Source: a virus
DNA length: 64,000 nt
Reading direction: 5' to 3' (one strand)
Virus record (IMG/VR): IMGVR_UViG_3300047548_000785
Coordinates: 3,700-67,699 of that record
The translations under genes and the position numbers were made by a program. The notes beneath the pieces were generated by a model that saw only the letters and a list, made by a program, of their open reading frames with translations, was not told the DNA's origin and searched no databases. The number at the start of each line of letters is the position of its first letter. The stretch's first letter is position 1. This document shows positions 48,176 to 59,000 of the stretch, piece by piece.

Positions 48176-48825
48176 TGGCTTTATCAAGACAACAACAAAA
48201 TCTTATTAATAGCTTACAAAAAGAACGGCAAACTAAAATTGATGCTATTAAAGCTAGGGCTGGGAAAAGGGCATTGACCAAGGCTCAGCAAACCGAAATT
48301 AGCAATATTGAAAAAAGCTATTCAAGTCAGATAACCAAGGTTAGGTCTACACCAATGACCCCAACACCAATTGCACAGGGAGAGCTGACTAGATCTCGCG
48401 GCATCAAGGTTGCAACTCCAGACATCATTGAGTGGGATAGCTCGTCAATACCGATTGAATTCATGACCGACCTTTTATTTGAAGAAATTGGTGGTCAGGA
48501 AATTTTAACTATTTCTCGCAACAATACTATTAACGGTCAAAATGTTTTATATAGTCCAATTAAAAATTTAGCAGACTTAGATTTAGCATATAACTCTTTA
48601 AATATTTTTGCTATACCAGATCCCATTAACGCCTACTTTAATAACTTTTCAATTAAACTTGAAAACCTTACACCAACTACTGGCACGGGAAATGATGGAG
48701 AAATTGTTTATGTTGAAAAAACAACTGGTCATTTAACTGTCAATGTTATTGGCATGGCACCAAGTGATCAGGTTGAAATACAGATATTGTCTAGCGGAAA
48801 TATAAGTGACGATATAGTATACTAG
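48175..48825 (+). CDS. Hypothetical virion-module protein
   Basis: Coupled to the previous stop; basic N-terminus. Confidence 0.7.
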   Translation: MALSRQQQNLINSLQKERQTKIDAIKARAGKRALTKAQQTEISNIEKSYSSQITKVRSTPMTPTPIAQGELTRSRGIKVATPDIIEWDSSSIPIEFMTDLLFEEIGGQEILTISRNNTINGQNVLYSPIKNLADLDLAYNSLNIFAIPDPINAYFNNFSIKLENLTPTTGTGNDGEIVYVEKTTGHLTVNVIGMAPSDQVEIQILSSGNISDDIVY

Positions 48826-48838
48826 TATAGAGGATATT

Positions 48839-50080
48839 ATGATTACAAATAAAGGTAGAGACATTATTGCTAAGTACCTCATCGGTCAAGCTCCAGCATA
48901 TGCCTCTCACATTGCACTTGGTTGTGGTGCTAAACCACTCAACCTATCAGAAGCTTATGAGCCATATCTTAGCGAATATGCAGCAAAAACAGAAATGGAT
49001 TTTGAAATGATCAGAACTCCAATCACTTCTCGTGGGTATGTTACTGATCTTGTTTTTAATGATTTAAGTGGACAATATGAAGAGGTATCTAAAGTAGTTT
49101 TTACTGCAGAATTGCCAACAGAACAAAGATATGCAATTACTGAAATTGGTGTTTTTTCTGCTAAATCAAATCCTTCTGCTACAGGTAGAGATAGCAGAAT
49201 TCTGTACACGTTTACAGATCTTGAGAACTGGGAATTTCACGATAAAACAACCTCGGTTGGCTTGGGGGCAACAATTGCGTCACCACTATATGGAGATAGC
49301 AATGATGGTAACTTAAACGTTGCACCATATACCTTGATCGATCCTAATGCTGCAGATACAGAGCCAAATAGAAGGTACACTGCATTTAGGACCACTACCG
49401 ACAATGTAATGTTTGATAGCCCAACTAGATTACCGAGATATGAAAGATGTCGCTATCTAGACACCATGATTATGGTCCCTGGAGACATGTCATTTATTGA
49501 TAAAAACAGTAATAACGAATTGTTTATTAAAACAGAGGATGCTGATGGCTACTATGGAACACATATTCACCTTGCAGGCACTAGCGTTCCATTAGCAGAA
49601 AATGCACCATCAGATAAGCTTAAGCTAGCATTCTCTATTGTTAATAAGTCTATTGACACAATTGCTCAACCAACAGCTGTTAGACTTGTTGTACAATTTT
49701 CTGCAGACGATCTTGATATTTCTACTAATTATGCATCTATGAATATTGAACTAGTAGACGGGGAAAACGGTGTTGACTTTGCAACAAACAGATATCATGT
49801 TGTTACACAACAACTTGAAGATCTTTTAAAGAGTGCAACATTCTCTTGGTCAGCAGTTAGACTAGTCAAAGTATACGCTACTGTTTTAAGTGGATCATCT
49901 CCTACTCACGACTATTATGTTGCTTTGGATGGACTGCGTTTTGAAAATACAACATCTGAAAATCCACTATATGGAATATCTGGATATTCTGCGGTACGTA
50001 CTAAAGATGCTGTCACTATTGTTAAAGATGCCAACTCTTCCAGTTTAGTAGAATTTAGATTTGGTTTGGATGTGGCATAA
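48839..50080 (+). CDS. Putative baseplate/tail-collar-like protein
   Basis: MITNKG..IAK...HIALG.G and ITEIGVF motifs. Confidence 0.7.
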   Translation: MITNKGRDIIAKYLIGQAPAYASHIALGCGAKPLNLSEAYEPYLSEYAAKTEMDFEMIRTPITSRGYVTDLVFNDLSGQYEEVSKVVFTAELPTEQRYAITEIGVFSAKSNPSATGRDSRILYTFTDLENWEFHDKTTSVGLGATIASPLYGDSNDGNLNVAPYTLIDPNAADTEPNRRYTAFRTTTDNVMFDSPTRLPRYERCRYLDTMIMVPGDMSFIDKNSNNELFIKTEDADGYYGTHIHLAGTSVPLAENAPSDKLKLAFSIVNKSIDTIAQPTAVRLVVQFSADDLDISTNYASMNIELVDGENGVDFATNRYHVVTQQLEDLLKSATFSWSAVRLVKVYATVLSGSSPTHDYYVALDGLRFENTTSENPLYGISGYSAVRTKDAVTIVKDANSSSLVEFRFGLDVA

Positions 50081-51367
50081 GTGGCGGTACGCGGAGGGTT
50101 GCAAAAGTCTAAAGTACTGGCAACAGAACTGCCAGAGCCATACCTTATTATTCCAGATGAAAAAACTATTGTTACCATTCAGGTTGCTTCTAATATAGCT
50201 ACCATTACAACCAAAGAAGTTCACGGCTTTGAGGTTGGACAGATTATTTTTGTCGGTGATGTAAACTCTATATTAAATGGTGAATATCGAATAACTGCTG
50301 TAACAAATAAAACAATTTCTTTTGCCAAAATAACTGCAGATACTGGCCCAACAAATACAACAAGTGGCGTTGTATCTCAGAGATCTATTAACCCTATTCA
50401 GATAACGCATTATGAAAGATTAGATAATTTTGTTAAACTAACTACAATTGCAGATCATAACTTTGCAAATGGAAACACTGTTTTTGTACAAGGTGTGGAC
50501 AGCGGATTAGATGGAACTTTTGAAATTACAAGGGTTACTGAAAATACATTTTCATATAAAAAATCTGGTTCAAACATAGCTAAGACTTCAGTTACTGGAG
50601 CATGGTCTTCTCAAAAAAGTATTCAAAAACGTAAAGATGAAATTAGAATTACAAATGTTGCCCTTAGTGCCAATATTGCAACAATTACAACAGATGTTCC
50701 ACATTATTATACTGTAGGGGTTTCTGTTTGGGTACAGGATGTAAACTCTACTTTTAATGGTGAATATGTTGTTAAGACTACTCCAACAGCAACCACATTT
50801 ACATTTGACAAAACAAACGGAAATGTCACGTCAACTCCAGTCACAACTGGTAGTGTGGTTCGTAAATCATATCTAACTTTTTATACACGATATCGAGTGG
50901 TATCAGAAGACAAAAACCAAACCTCTCACTGGTCACCCATTTATTCCGTATTAGCACCATATTGGTTTAGAAAGCCATCTAATGGTGGTGTTCGTATATC
51001 TCAATTTAATACAACTGGGACTGGTAAAACAATTAACATTTCTTGGGACCCAGTAGACTTAATGATTGAGAATAACTTTACTCGTCGTGCTGTGTATTAT
51101 GATGTATGGCTAAAGTGGCACAATAATAATGATGCTATTTTAGGTAATAATGGTGACTGGATTTATGAGCAGCGTGTTAGTGGAACAAGTCATCAAATTA
51201 ACGTTCCAACCTCATATCAGTATACGGATAGGATTACAGGTGTTGTAACTACAAGACCTATTGCCCCAAACAGACTTTCGATTGAAATTCGCATGAGAGG
51301 CAATCCAATAACCAGAACAAATACTAGATTCTTATTAGCTTACGAGTTACTTGATGCTACAGTATAG
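50081..51367 (+). CDS. Virion protein with three tandem small beta-barrel repeats
   Basis: Three copies of TITT...H.F..G..V.V..V.S..(N/D)G.(Y/F).I...T..T.(S/T)(F/Y).K. Confidence 0.75.
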   Translation: MAVRGGLQKSKVLATELPEPYLIIPDEKTIVTIQVASNIATITTKEVHGFEVGQIIFVGDVNSILNGEYRITAVTNKTISFAKITADTGPTNTTSGVVSQRSINPIQITHYERLDNFVKLTTIADHNFANGNTVFVQGVDSGLDGTFEITRVTENTFSYKKSGSNIAKTSVTGAWSSQKSIQKRKDEIRITNVALSANIATITTDVPHYYTVGVSVWVQDVNSTFNGEYVVKTTPTATTFTFDKTNGNVTSTPVTTGSVVRKSYLTFYTRYRVVSEDKNQTSHWSPIYSVLAPYWFRKPSNGGVRISQFNTTGTGKTINISWDPVDLMIENNFTRRAVYYDVWLKWHNNNDAILGNNGDWIYEQRVSGTSHQINVPTSYQYTDRITGVVTTRPIAPNRLSIEIRMRGNPITRTNTRFLLAYELLDATV

Positions 51368-51395
51368 TCTGTGCTAAACTAGTATAGGAGGAAAA

Positions 51396-51848
51396 ATGGC
51401 AAAACTAACATTACCGCAACGTGGGCAGCCACTAGATGTTGCATACATCTATCAAATTGTGGAAGCCGTGAATAATCTTTCTAATCAGCTTAATCCAACA
51501 ACAGCAAAATACACAACAATTGATACTGCGGCAAATGGTCAGCAATCTGTTCGTACAGCAGATGCACGCATCGTCGGAGGGTACAAGGCAGTAACAAGAG
51601 GATCAGCAACAAACGCTAACTCCGAAGTGCCATTTAACTATACATTCTCTGATTTTAAATACGTTCCAATTGTAACTGCAACTCCAATCATTATTAGCAC
51701 GACAAGCACTGATGCGAGCAAGGATGTAAGCGTAGTTCTTACCCAAGTAACAACCAACAGGGTTGATGGCATTGTTAAATTTAACACAAGCGGTGTATCT
51801 TCTGTGGGTGTAAATCTTGTCATTGTCGGTATCCCAATTCCAAAGTAA
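51396..51848 (+). CDS. Small tail protein, H-type-lectin/gp53-like C-terminus
   Basis: FKYVPIVTAT...VNLVIVG pattern; RBS AGGAGG. Confidence 0.6.
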   Translation: MAKLTLPQRGQPLDVAYIYQIVEAVNNLSNQLNPTTAKYTTIDTAANGQQSVRTADARIVGGYKAVTRGSATNANSEVPFNYTFSDFKYVPIVTATPIIISTTSTDASKDVSVVLTQVTTNRVDGIVKFNTSGVSSVGVNLVIVGIPIPK

Positions 51849-51850
51849 TC

Positions 51851-52375
51851 ATGATCCCATTATCAGAGTACAACAATGCTCCAGTGATTCCAGGCAGTAA
51901 GACAGTCTGGTTTCTCAATGGCGATCTTGTAAGAGTTTATCATCTCAACAGATCTAATGGAATTATGTCTGTATATAACATTAATAAGGATAGGATTGAA
52001 AGTTGTTTAATTAGTGACTTTAAGAAAAATAGACTACGAGCTTATACAGTTAAAGAAACAGCAGAGTTAATTAATAGACACAAAAAATATTTACCAACAT
52101 TAATGGAGAATGGATCAATTCCATATCCAACAGGATCATCTAAAGACGGGGTACGGGGATGGCAAATTAGATCTTATTATTCAGAATTGCAAGTGCATGA
52201 AATTCGTGATATACTTGCTACCTACAGTATGGGTCGCCCACGCAAAGATGGTATGATAAATAATGACGTTACACCAACTCGACAAGAGTTGACTAGACGC
52301 ATGGGAGATGGTATACTTACTTATACAAAGAATTCTGATGGGGAATTTATTCCTGTATGGTCGGAATCAATCTAA
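51851..52375 (+). CDS. Putative DNA-binding protein with MerR-like HTH
   Basis: AYTVKETAELINRH...L..LMENGSIP...RSYYSE. Confidence 0.65.
   Translation: MIPLSEYNNAPVIPGSKTVWFLNGDLVRVYHLNRSNGIMSVYNINKDRIESCLISDFKKNRLRAYTVKETAELINRHKKYLPTLMENGSIPYPTGSSKDGVRGWQIRSYYSELQVHEIRDILATYSMGRPRKDGMINNDVTPTRQELTRRMGDGILTYTKNSDGEFIPVWSESI
52187..52317 (+). promoter_or_regulatory. Two intragenic promoters ahead of the replication genes
   Basis: TTGCAA-N17-TATACT (52187-52215) and TTGACT-N17-TATACT (52289-52317), both with TGn extension. Confidence 0.6.
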
Positions 52376-52389
52376 CAGAGAGAGAAACA

Positions 52390-52596
52390 ATGGAAAACGA
52401 AAACACTAAAATTACAGTTACACTTGGTTATACATTGAACCTAGGTAACTTTGAGTCACTCCGTGTTGACCTGGGAGTATCAGATTCCCGACGCGATGGT
52501 GAGACTGTCGATCAGGCCTTTGAACGTGTCTACGATTTTGTAGAGCAAAAGCTTATCGAAAAGACTAAAGAAGCCAAAGAAGAAATCGCTGAATAA
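52390..52596 (+). CDS. Hypothetical 68-aa protein
   Basis: TLNLGNFESLRVD motif; ATG 52390 follows an AG-rich RBS. Confidence 0.75.
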   Translation: MENENTKITVTLGYTLNLGNFESLRVDLGVSDSRRDGETVDQAFERVYDFVEQKLIEKTKEAKEEIAE

Positions 52597-52904
52597 TGGC
52601 GGAACGCAAAGACCGAATGGCTTTGCTTAGTAGGTATGATAAACATTACCTATTTCACTATGAGGTAAAGCCAACGTATAATAAGTGGGCTGAGCAATGG
52701 GCTGCCGATGCACTCATTGACTCGTATGGTTTGCAATATTGCTATGACTTGCTAGATTATTACTTTCAAAATGCAGGCAAACCAGAGTGGAAGTATTTTG
52801 CAAATTTTGCAAATGAGATTATTCAATCTAAAACAAATAGAGAACAAGATGAAAAAGAACGCAAAGAGCGTAGAGAGATGGCAAAGAGGTGGCTAAGTGA
52901 GTAA
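52596..52904 (+). CDS. Hypothetical protein upstream of the helicase
   Basis: Coupled on both sides; no recognised motif. Confidence 0.75.
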   Translation: MAERKDRMALLSRYDKHYLFHYEVKPTYNKWAEQWAADALIDSYGLQYCYDLLDYYFQNAGKPEWKYFANFANEIIQSKTNREQDEKERKERREMAKRWLSE

Positions 52905-54117
52905 TACTGAGGCAAAATTAATTTCTGCCGTACTAGAAGATAAACAGATCCATGTATTGCTACAGGCCAATGTAGATACTCTACTAAGAACGCATGGCGA
53001 TATCTGGACTTTTATTAGAAACTACTTTGAACAGAATGGCTCTGCACCACCAGCATCACTGGTTGTAGATAAGTTTCGTGACTTTGAACCAATCAAAGAA
53101 GTTGGGGCAACAAAGCACCACCTAGAAGAGTTGCAAGGTGAATATCTTGAAGATAGCCTTAAAGATATTTTGCGTAATGCTGCTAGTGAGGTCCAGGGTG
53201 GGCAAGGTACAGAGGCCCTAGAACATCTAATTGCAAAGACATCGGAGCTAAAGAAGAATACTGCTATTATTAGAGATATCGATGTAACAGATATCGAATC
53301 TGCTGTAGCATATTACGAGCAGGTCAAAAAGCAACAGGAGGCTGGATCAATTGGAATTAAAACTGGACTTCCTGGGTTTGATAATTATCTACCTGCTGGT
53401 ATCACCCCCGGCCAGCTTGGTGTGTTTCTTGCTTATCCTGGTATTGGTAAGTCGTGGCTATCACTTTACTTCGCTGTTCAAGCGTGGAAACAAGGACGAT
53501 CACCACTAGTCATTAGCCTCGAAATGAGTGAGACTGAAGTTCGTAACCGTGTATTTACAATTATGGGTGAAGGACTGTGGTCGCACAGGCAGCTGTCTGC
53601 AGGTAATGTTGAGTTAGACGATCTTCGTAAGTGGCACAAACGACACCTAGAAGGTAAACCAGAGTTTCATATTATCTCAAATGATAGTGGTGGAGAAGTA
53701 ACCCCATCGGTTATTCGCGGTAAGATAGACCAGTATAAACCAGATCTAGTTATTGTTGACTACCTGCAGCTGATGTCTCCAAATTCAAAATCTGATAGCG
53801 AAGTTGTTCGTATGAAGAATTTGTCTCGTGAGCTAAAGCTACTTGCTATCTCAGATGAAATTCCAATTATTGCTATTTCATCAGCTACCCCAGATGATGT
53901 AACTAAACTAGATACAGTTCCTACACTAGGTCAGACATCATGGTCTCGTCAAATTGCATACGATGCAGACTGGGTAATGGCACTAGGTCGTGGACCAAAC
54001 TCAGATATTATTGAGTGTGTTTTCCGTAAAAACCGTAATGGTTTTATGGGTGAGTTCCTTGTACAGGTTGACTTTGATAAAGGTTGGTATCACTACAAAG
54101 ACTTTGAAGATAACTAG
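52897..54117 (+). CDS. dnaB: DnaB-like replicative helicase
   Basis: AYPGIGKS Walker A, ISLEM, VIVDYLQLM, SRELKLLA, YDADWV, KNRNG. Confidence 0.95.
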   Translation: MSNTEAKLISAVLEDKQIHVLLQANVDTLLRTHGDIWTFIRNYFEQNGSAPPASLVVDKFRDFEPIKEVGATKHHLEELQGEYLEDSLKDILRNAASEVQGGQGTEALEHLIAKTSELKKNTAIIRDIDVTDIESAVAYYEQVKKQQEAGSIGIKTGLPGFDNYLPAGITPGQLGVFLAYPGIGKSWLSLYFAVQAWKQGRSPLVISLEMSETEVRNRVFTIMGEGLWSHRQLSAGNVELDDLRKWHKRHLEGKPEFHIISNDSGGEVTPSVIRGKIDQYKPDLVIVDYLQLMSPNSKSDSEVVRMKNLSRELKLLAISDEIPIIAISSATPDDVTKLDTVPTLGQTSWSRQIAYDADWVMALGRGPNSDIIECVFRKNRNGFMGEFLVQVDFDKGWYHYKDFEDN

Positions 54118-54129
54118 TATAATGGATAC

Positions 54130-54474
54130 ATGGAAAGTTTTCATCATAAGCCACTTAAAAAATTTGGAATAGATGGGATTATTCATGACGACTCTGCAAT
54201 ATGGAGACTGAAAATTGAATATGTAAATCTTATAACATCTGAAATGAGAATTTTGGGTTATGTACCGAGACTTGACATCAATACAGACTTTACAGTACAA
54301 TATAATCACACAAAAAAATATTTTGAATTTAAGTTATCAGTTTATGGAGTATACGTAGGAAAAAGGAAAAGTGAATGGATTACAGGAATAGACGAAACAC
54401 GAGTGATATATACACAGAAGAGCAAATCAGACGAATCATCGAAGGCAGTGGAATCACAGTCGAATCCGAAGTAG
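54130..54474 (+). CDS. Hypothetical protein overlapping the primase start
   Basis: TATAAT 6 nt before the ATG; 114 aa. Confidence 0.7.
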   Translation: MESFHHKPLKKFGIDGIIHDDSAIWRLKIEYVNLITSEMRILGYVPRLDINTDFTVQYNHTKKYFEFKLSVYGVYVGKRKSEWITGIDETRVIYTQKSKSDESSKAVESQSNPK

Positions 54475-55319
54475 ACTCTGACTATCTTATTTTTTGTCCA
54501 TTTCACAACAATCACCGCACTCCTGCAGGAGAAATTGATAAGGTAACTGGCATATTCTTTTGTTTCTCATGCCATAAGGCCTGTGATCTTATTGAGTTTG
54601 TTATGCACACATCTGGTCGAACATACTTTGAAGCTGCACGATTTATCAAAAGCAAAGAAACAGACAGCGACATATCTGATCTGGTAACAAAACAATTAAA
54701 TAAAGAACCAGAGTTTGTGGAGTTTGACGAGTTTACAATTAAGCGACTGCATACAGCAGCTATTGATTCACCACGTGCCATGCGTTATTTTAGCGGTCGT
54801 CTGATTACAGAAGCCTCTGTGCGTAAGTTTCAGCTCGGTTACTCTGATAAGCGTGACATGGTTACAATTCCAGTGCACTCTCCAGATGGCATGTGTGTTG
54901 GTTTTGTAGGTCGTTCTGTCGAGGGCAAAGAGTTTAAGAATAGTCCTAAATTACCCAAGAGTAAAACATTGTTTAATATCCACAGGGTAAAAACCTCACG
55001 AGAAGTTTACGTTGTTGAATCATCGTTTGATGCTATACGTCTCGATCAGTGTGGTATGCCAGCAGTAGCGACTTTGGGTGCTAGCGTTAATGGAACGCAA
55101 ATTGAACTTCTTCAAAAATATTTCAATGAAATAATTGTCATTGCAGATAATGATGAAGCAGGCGGTAACATGAAAAATAAGTTAGTAGAAAAACTTGGGT
55201 CTCGTGTAACTGTCGTACAACTAAATAAAGAATATAAAGATATTGGCGACATGGATAATGAATCAATTAAAGACCTGCGTGTCGGATTTGACAAATCTAT
55301 CCTAGCCATGCTAAACTAA
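54375..55319 (+). CDS. dnaG: DNA primase (CHC2 zinc finger plus Toprim)
   Basis: CPFH...CFSC, GFVGR, VVESSFD, ATLG, ADNDEAG. Confidence 0.93.
   Translation: MDYRNRRNTSDIYTEEQIRRIIEGSGITVESEVDSDYLIFCPFHNNHRTPAGEIDKVTGIFFCFSCHKACDLIEFVMHTSGRTYFEAARFIKSKETDSDISDLVTKQLNKEPEFVEFDEFTIKRLHTAAIDSPRAMRYFSGRLITEASVRKFQLGYSDKRDMVTIPVHSPDGMCVGFVGRSVEGKEFKNSPKLPKSKTLFNIHRVKTSREVYVVESSFDAIRLDQCGMPAVATLGASVNGTQIELLQKYFNEIIVIADNDEAGGNMKNKLVEKLGSRVTVVQLNKEYKDIGDMDNESIKDLRVGFDKSILAMLN
55277..55317 (+). promoter_or_regulatory. Promoter for the SSB gene with upstream GCGTGTCG motif
   Basis: GCGTGTCG (55277-55284), TTGACA (55288-55293), TGC-TAAACT (55309-55317). Confidence 0.6.
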
Positions 55320-55350
55320 TAATCCCACTGAGGAACACTAAGGAGAAAAA

Positions 55351-56007
55351 ATGAGTGTAATTAAAGGGCTAAAAAATATCAACGCACTACTTGATAAGCC
55401 AAAGTATGATGAAGATAAGCCTCGCGTCCGCTGGCTCAAGCTAGCTGATGGTCAGGCAGTTAAGATCCGTTTTATTGAGGAATTGGATGAAGATTCAGCC
55501 AACTACTCAGAAGATCGTGGTCTTGCTCTTGTTGTTAAGGAGCACACTAATCCAAAGGACTACCGTCGCAAGGCCGTAGACACCATGGATACCGAAGGCC
55601 GTGACTGGGCAGAAGAGATGCACCGCAAGGACCCAAAGGCAGGTTGGCGTGCACGCCTTCGCTTCTACTGCAACGTACTTGTTGACGATGGTATCGAAGA
55701 CCCATACGTAGCCATTTGGTCTATGGGTGTTAGCAAGCAGTCATCCTTTAACACCATTCGAGAGTACGCACTTGAGACTGGAAGCATTTCCAACCTCACT
55801 TGGAAGCTCAAGCGTAATGGTCAGGGTACTGAAACAAGCTATACCCTTATCCCATCTGCACCAGATGCAGAACCATTTGCATGGGGAGAAGTTAAGCCAT
55901 TCCCACTAGAGAATGCTCTTAACAAGATTCCTTATGCTGAGCAGGAGGCATACTACCTAGGTTTTGATGGTGGTTCTTCTGCAACATCATCGAATACCGA
56001 CTGGTAA
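55351..56007 (+). CDS. Single-stranded DNA-binding protein, gp32-like
   Basis: WLKLADG...IRF, RFYCNVLV, KLKRNGQGTETSY, terminal DW; lies between primase and polymerase. Confidence 0.75.
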   Translation: MSVIKGLKNINALLDKPKYDEDKPRVRWLKLADGQAVKIRFIEELDEDSANYSEDRGLALVVKEHTNPKDYRRKAVDTMDTEGRDWAEEMHRKDPKAGWRARLRFYCNVLVDDGIEDPYVAIWSMGVSKQSSFNTIREYALETGSISNLTWKLKRNGQGTETSYTLIPSAPDAEPFAWGEVKPFPLENALNKIPYAEQEAYYLGFDGGSSATSSNTDW

Positions 56008-56013
56008 TTCACC

Positions 56014-56043
56014 TGGGGGTCGCCAGAACACTGGCGGCCCTCA
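56014..56043 (+). terminator. GC-rich hairpin between ssb and dnaE, no U-tract
   Basis: 13-bp stem TGGGGGTCGCCAG/CTGGCGGCCCTCA with two G-U pairs; loop AACA. Confidence 0.55.
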
Positions 56044-56070
56044 ACACCTACTATAAGAGAGAGATTATAC

Positions 56071-59000
56071 ATGAGCTACGTTGGACTACACGTTCACACT
56101 CACTATTCGTTGTTTGACGGCATCGCAACACCACAAGAATATGTGGACCGAGCACAAGAGCTTGGTATGCCAGCTATTGCTATTACAGATCATGGTTCGC
56201 TATCTGGACACCGTGAAATGTACCGTACTGCTAAGGAAGCAGGAATTAAGCCTATCCTCGGTGTAGAGGGGTATATGGCACAAGACCGTTTCGATCATCG
56301 TGATGCATCGGAGCGTGAGCACGTTCTTGATATGGTTTATAACCACATTGTTATTCTCGCTAAGAACGAGAAGGGTTTAGAAAACTTAAATAAGCTTAAC
56401 GAGATTGCTTGGACAGAAGGTTTCTTTAAGAAGCCACGTATTGACTTTGAGGTACTTGAACAGTACAGCGAAGGTCTTATTGTTACCTCGGCTTGCCCCA
56501 GTGGAATTGTAGCAAAGTCCATTGAGACTGGCGAGCTTGCTGTAGCTAAAGAAAAGATTGAGTGGTTCCACCGTGTATTTGGTGACGACTATTACATTGA
56601 GGTAATGCCTCACAATGCACCAGAGATTAACAAGACTCTGTTGGAGCTGGCAGACGAGTACGGTATTAAGGCCGTTGTAACTCCAGACTGCCACCACTCA
56701 CACACTGGTCAGAAAGAGATTCAGGAGCTTAAACTTATTCTGAACACCTACTCAAACAAGATTGAAAAGGGTGCCACCTTTGAGAAGTCTCGTGAGTATG
56801 ACAATCTCATGGATCGACTTGACTATTTGTATGGTGCAGACCGCCAGATGTCGTTTAATAAGTTTGAGATTCATTTGCTTTCCTATGAAGAGATGAAGGC
56901 TGCCATGGAAAAGCAGGGTATTGATCGTGAAGATATCTACCAGCACTCATTAGAGATTGCTAACAAGGTAGAAGACTATAACATTCAGGACCACCTAGAC
57001 CTGCTTCCTGCACAGTACCTCAAGCCAGACGAGGAGCTACGTTCCATGGCTATTGAAGGTTTGGTAGCACGTGGTTTGGATGGTAAAGAAGAATATATTG
57101 CACGCCTAGAAGAAGAGCTTCAGGTAATTAAAGATAAGAAATTTGCCCCATACTTCATGGTTGTTCGCAACATGATTAACTGGGCTAAGAAAGAAGGTAT
57201 TCGTGTCGGTCCTGGGCGTGGTTCAGCTGCTGGTTCTCTCTTGTGTTATGCTCTTGGTATTACTGATATCGATCCAATTGTTCATGGCCTTTTGTTCTTC
57301 CGTTTTATTAATCCAGAACGAAATGACTTCCCAGATATTGATACTGATATTCAAGACTCTCGTCGTGATGAAGTAAAAGAATATCTAGTTAAACAATATC
57401 GTCACGTTGCATCTATTGCTACATTTCTACAATTTAAGGATAAGGGTGTAGTTCGAGATATTGCACGTGTACTCCACATTCCACTCACTGATGTCAACAA
57501 GGTGCTCAAGACCATTGATACGTGGGACGAATACTGTACCTCTAAAACTACCCTATGGTTTCGTGAAAAGTACCCAGAGGTAGAACAGTATGGAGAGCAG
57601 CTACGTGGTCGCATTCGTGGTACTGGTATCCACGCTGCTGGTGTGGTTACTGCAAAGGAGCCTATCTTTAAGTACGCTCCAATGGAGACTCGTACATCAC
57701 CAGGTACAAAGGAACGCATCCCTGTTGTTGCTGTAGACATGGGTGAGGCTGAGCGTATTGGATTGATTAAGATCGATGCCCTGGGCCTCAAGACCTTGTC
57801 TGTGCTTGATGACACTATTAATATTATTAAAGAACGTCACGGTGTAGAAATCAAACCACTTGAAATTGATATGGAAGACCGTCAGGTTTACGAAATGCTT
57901 TCCGCAGGTCACACCAAGGGTGTGTTCCAGTGCGAAGCTACACCATATACAAACCTACTGGTAAAGATGGGGGTAAAGAATCTTGATGAACTTGCAGCAT
58001 CCAATGCTCTCGTTCGTCCAGGTGCTATGAATACCATTGGTAAAGACTATATTGCACGTAAGCACGGTAAGCAGAATGTTGACTATCGTCACATGAAGAT
58101 GAAAGAGTTTACTGGCGATACATATGGCTGTATTCTCTACCAGGAGCAAGTTATGCAGGCCTGCGTGGAGCTTGGTGGCATGACAATGACTACAGCTGAC
58201 AAGGTTCGTAAAATCATTGGTAAGAAAAAGGATGCTAAAGAGTTTAAGCAGTTTGAAGACATGTTCGTCAAAGGTGCATCTCAATATCTTGGAGAAGAAG
58301 GTGCTAAGGATCTCTGGCATGACTTTGAGGCTCACGCAGGGTATTCCTTTAACAAGTCACACGCTGTAGCATACTCTACTCTTTCTTATTGGACTGCATG
58401 GCTCAAGTATCACTACCCACTTGAGTTCATGTTTGCTCTTCTTAAAAATGAGAAGGACAAGGACACACGTACAGAGTACTTGATTGAGGCAAAGCGTATG
58501 GGTATTCCAATTAAGCTGCCACACGTAAATGACTCAGACATCGACTTTAAGATTGAGGGCAAGGGTATTCGCTTTGGTCTTGCTGGTATCAAGTATGTAT
58601 CAGATATTATTGCATCTCGATACATTGCAGCACGCCCATTTAATTCTTACAAAGAGCTTGAAGAGTTCACCTTTGGTAAAGGTAACGGTGTAAATAGTCG
58701 TGCACTCAATTCTATGAGACTTATCGGTGCTGCTACCTTCCCAGATAACCCTAGGAACGACGCTGAGGTGCGAGAACATCTTTATGAGTACCTTAACCTA
58801 CCCGAGTTTAACATTTCAGTTCCTCCACACTTCCATGCTTTTATTAATGAGGCAGAGGAGTACGAGGAAAAGGGTGCCTTCATTCTGATGGGCATGGTAA
58901 AGAATATCAAGCGAGGCAAGGGTTGGTCACGTGTAGAGATCCTAGACAAGACTGGTGTTGTTGGTATTTTTGATGACGAGCAGACCACGATTGAGGCAGG

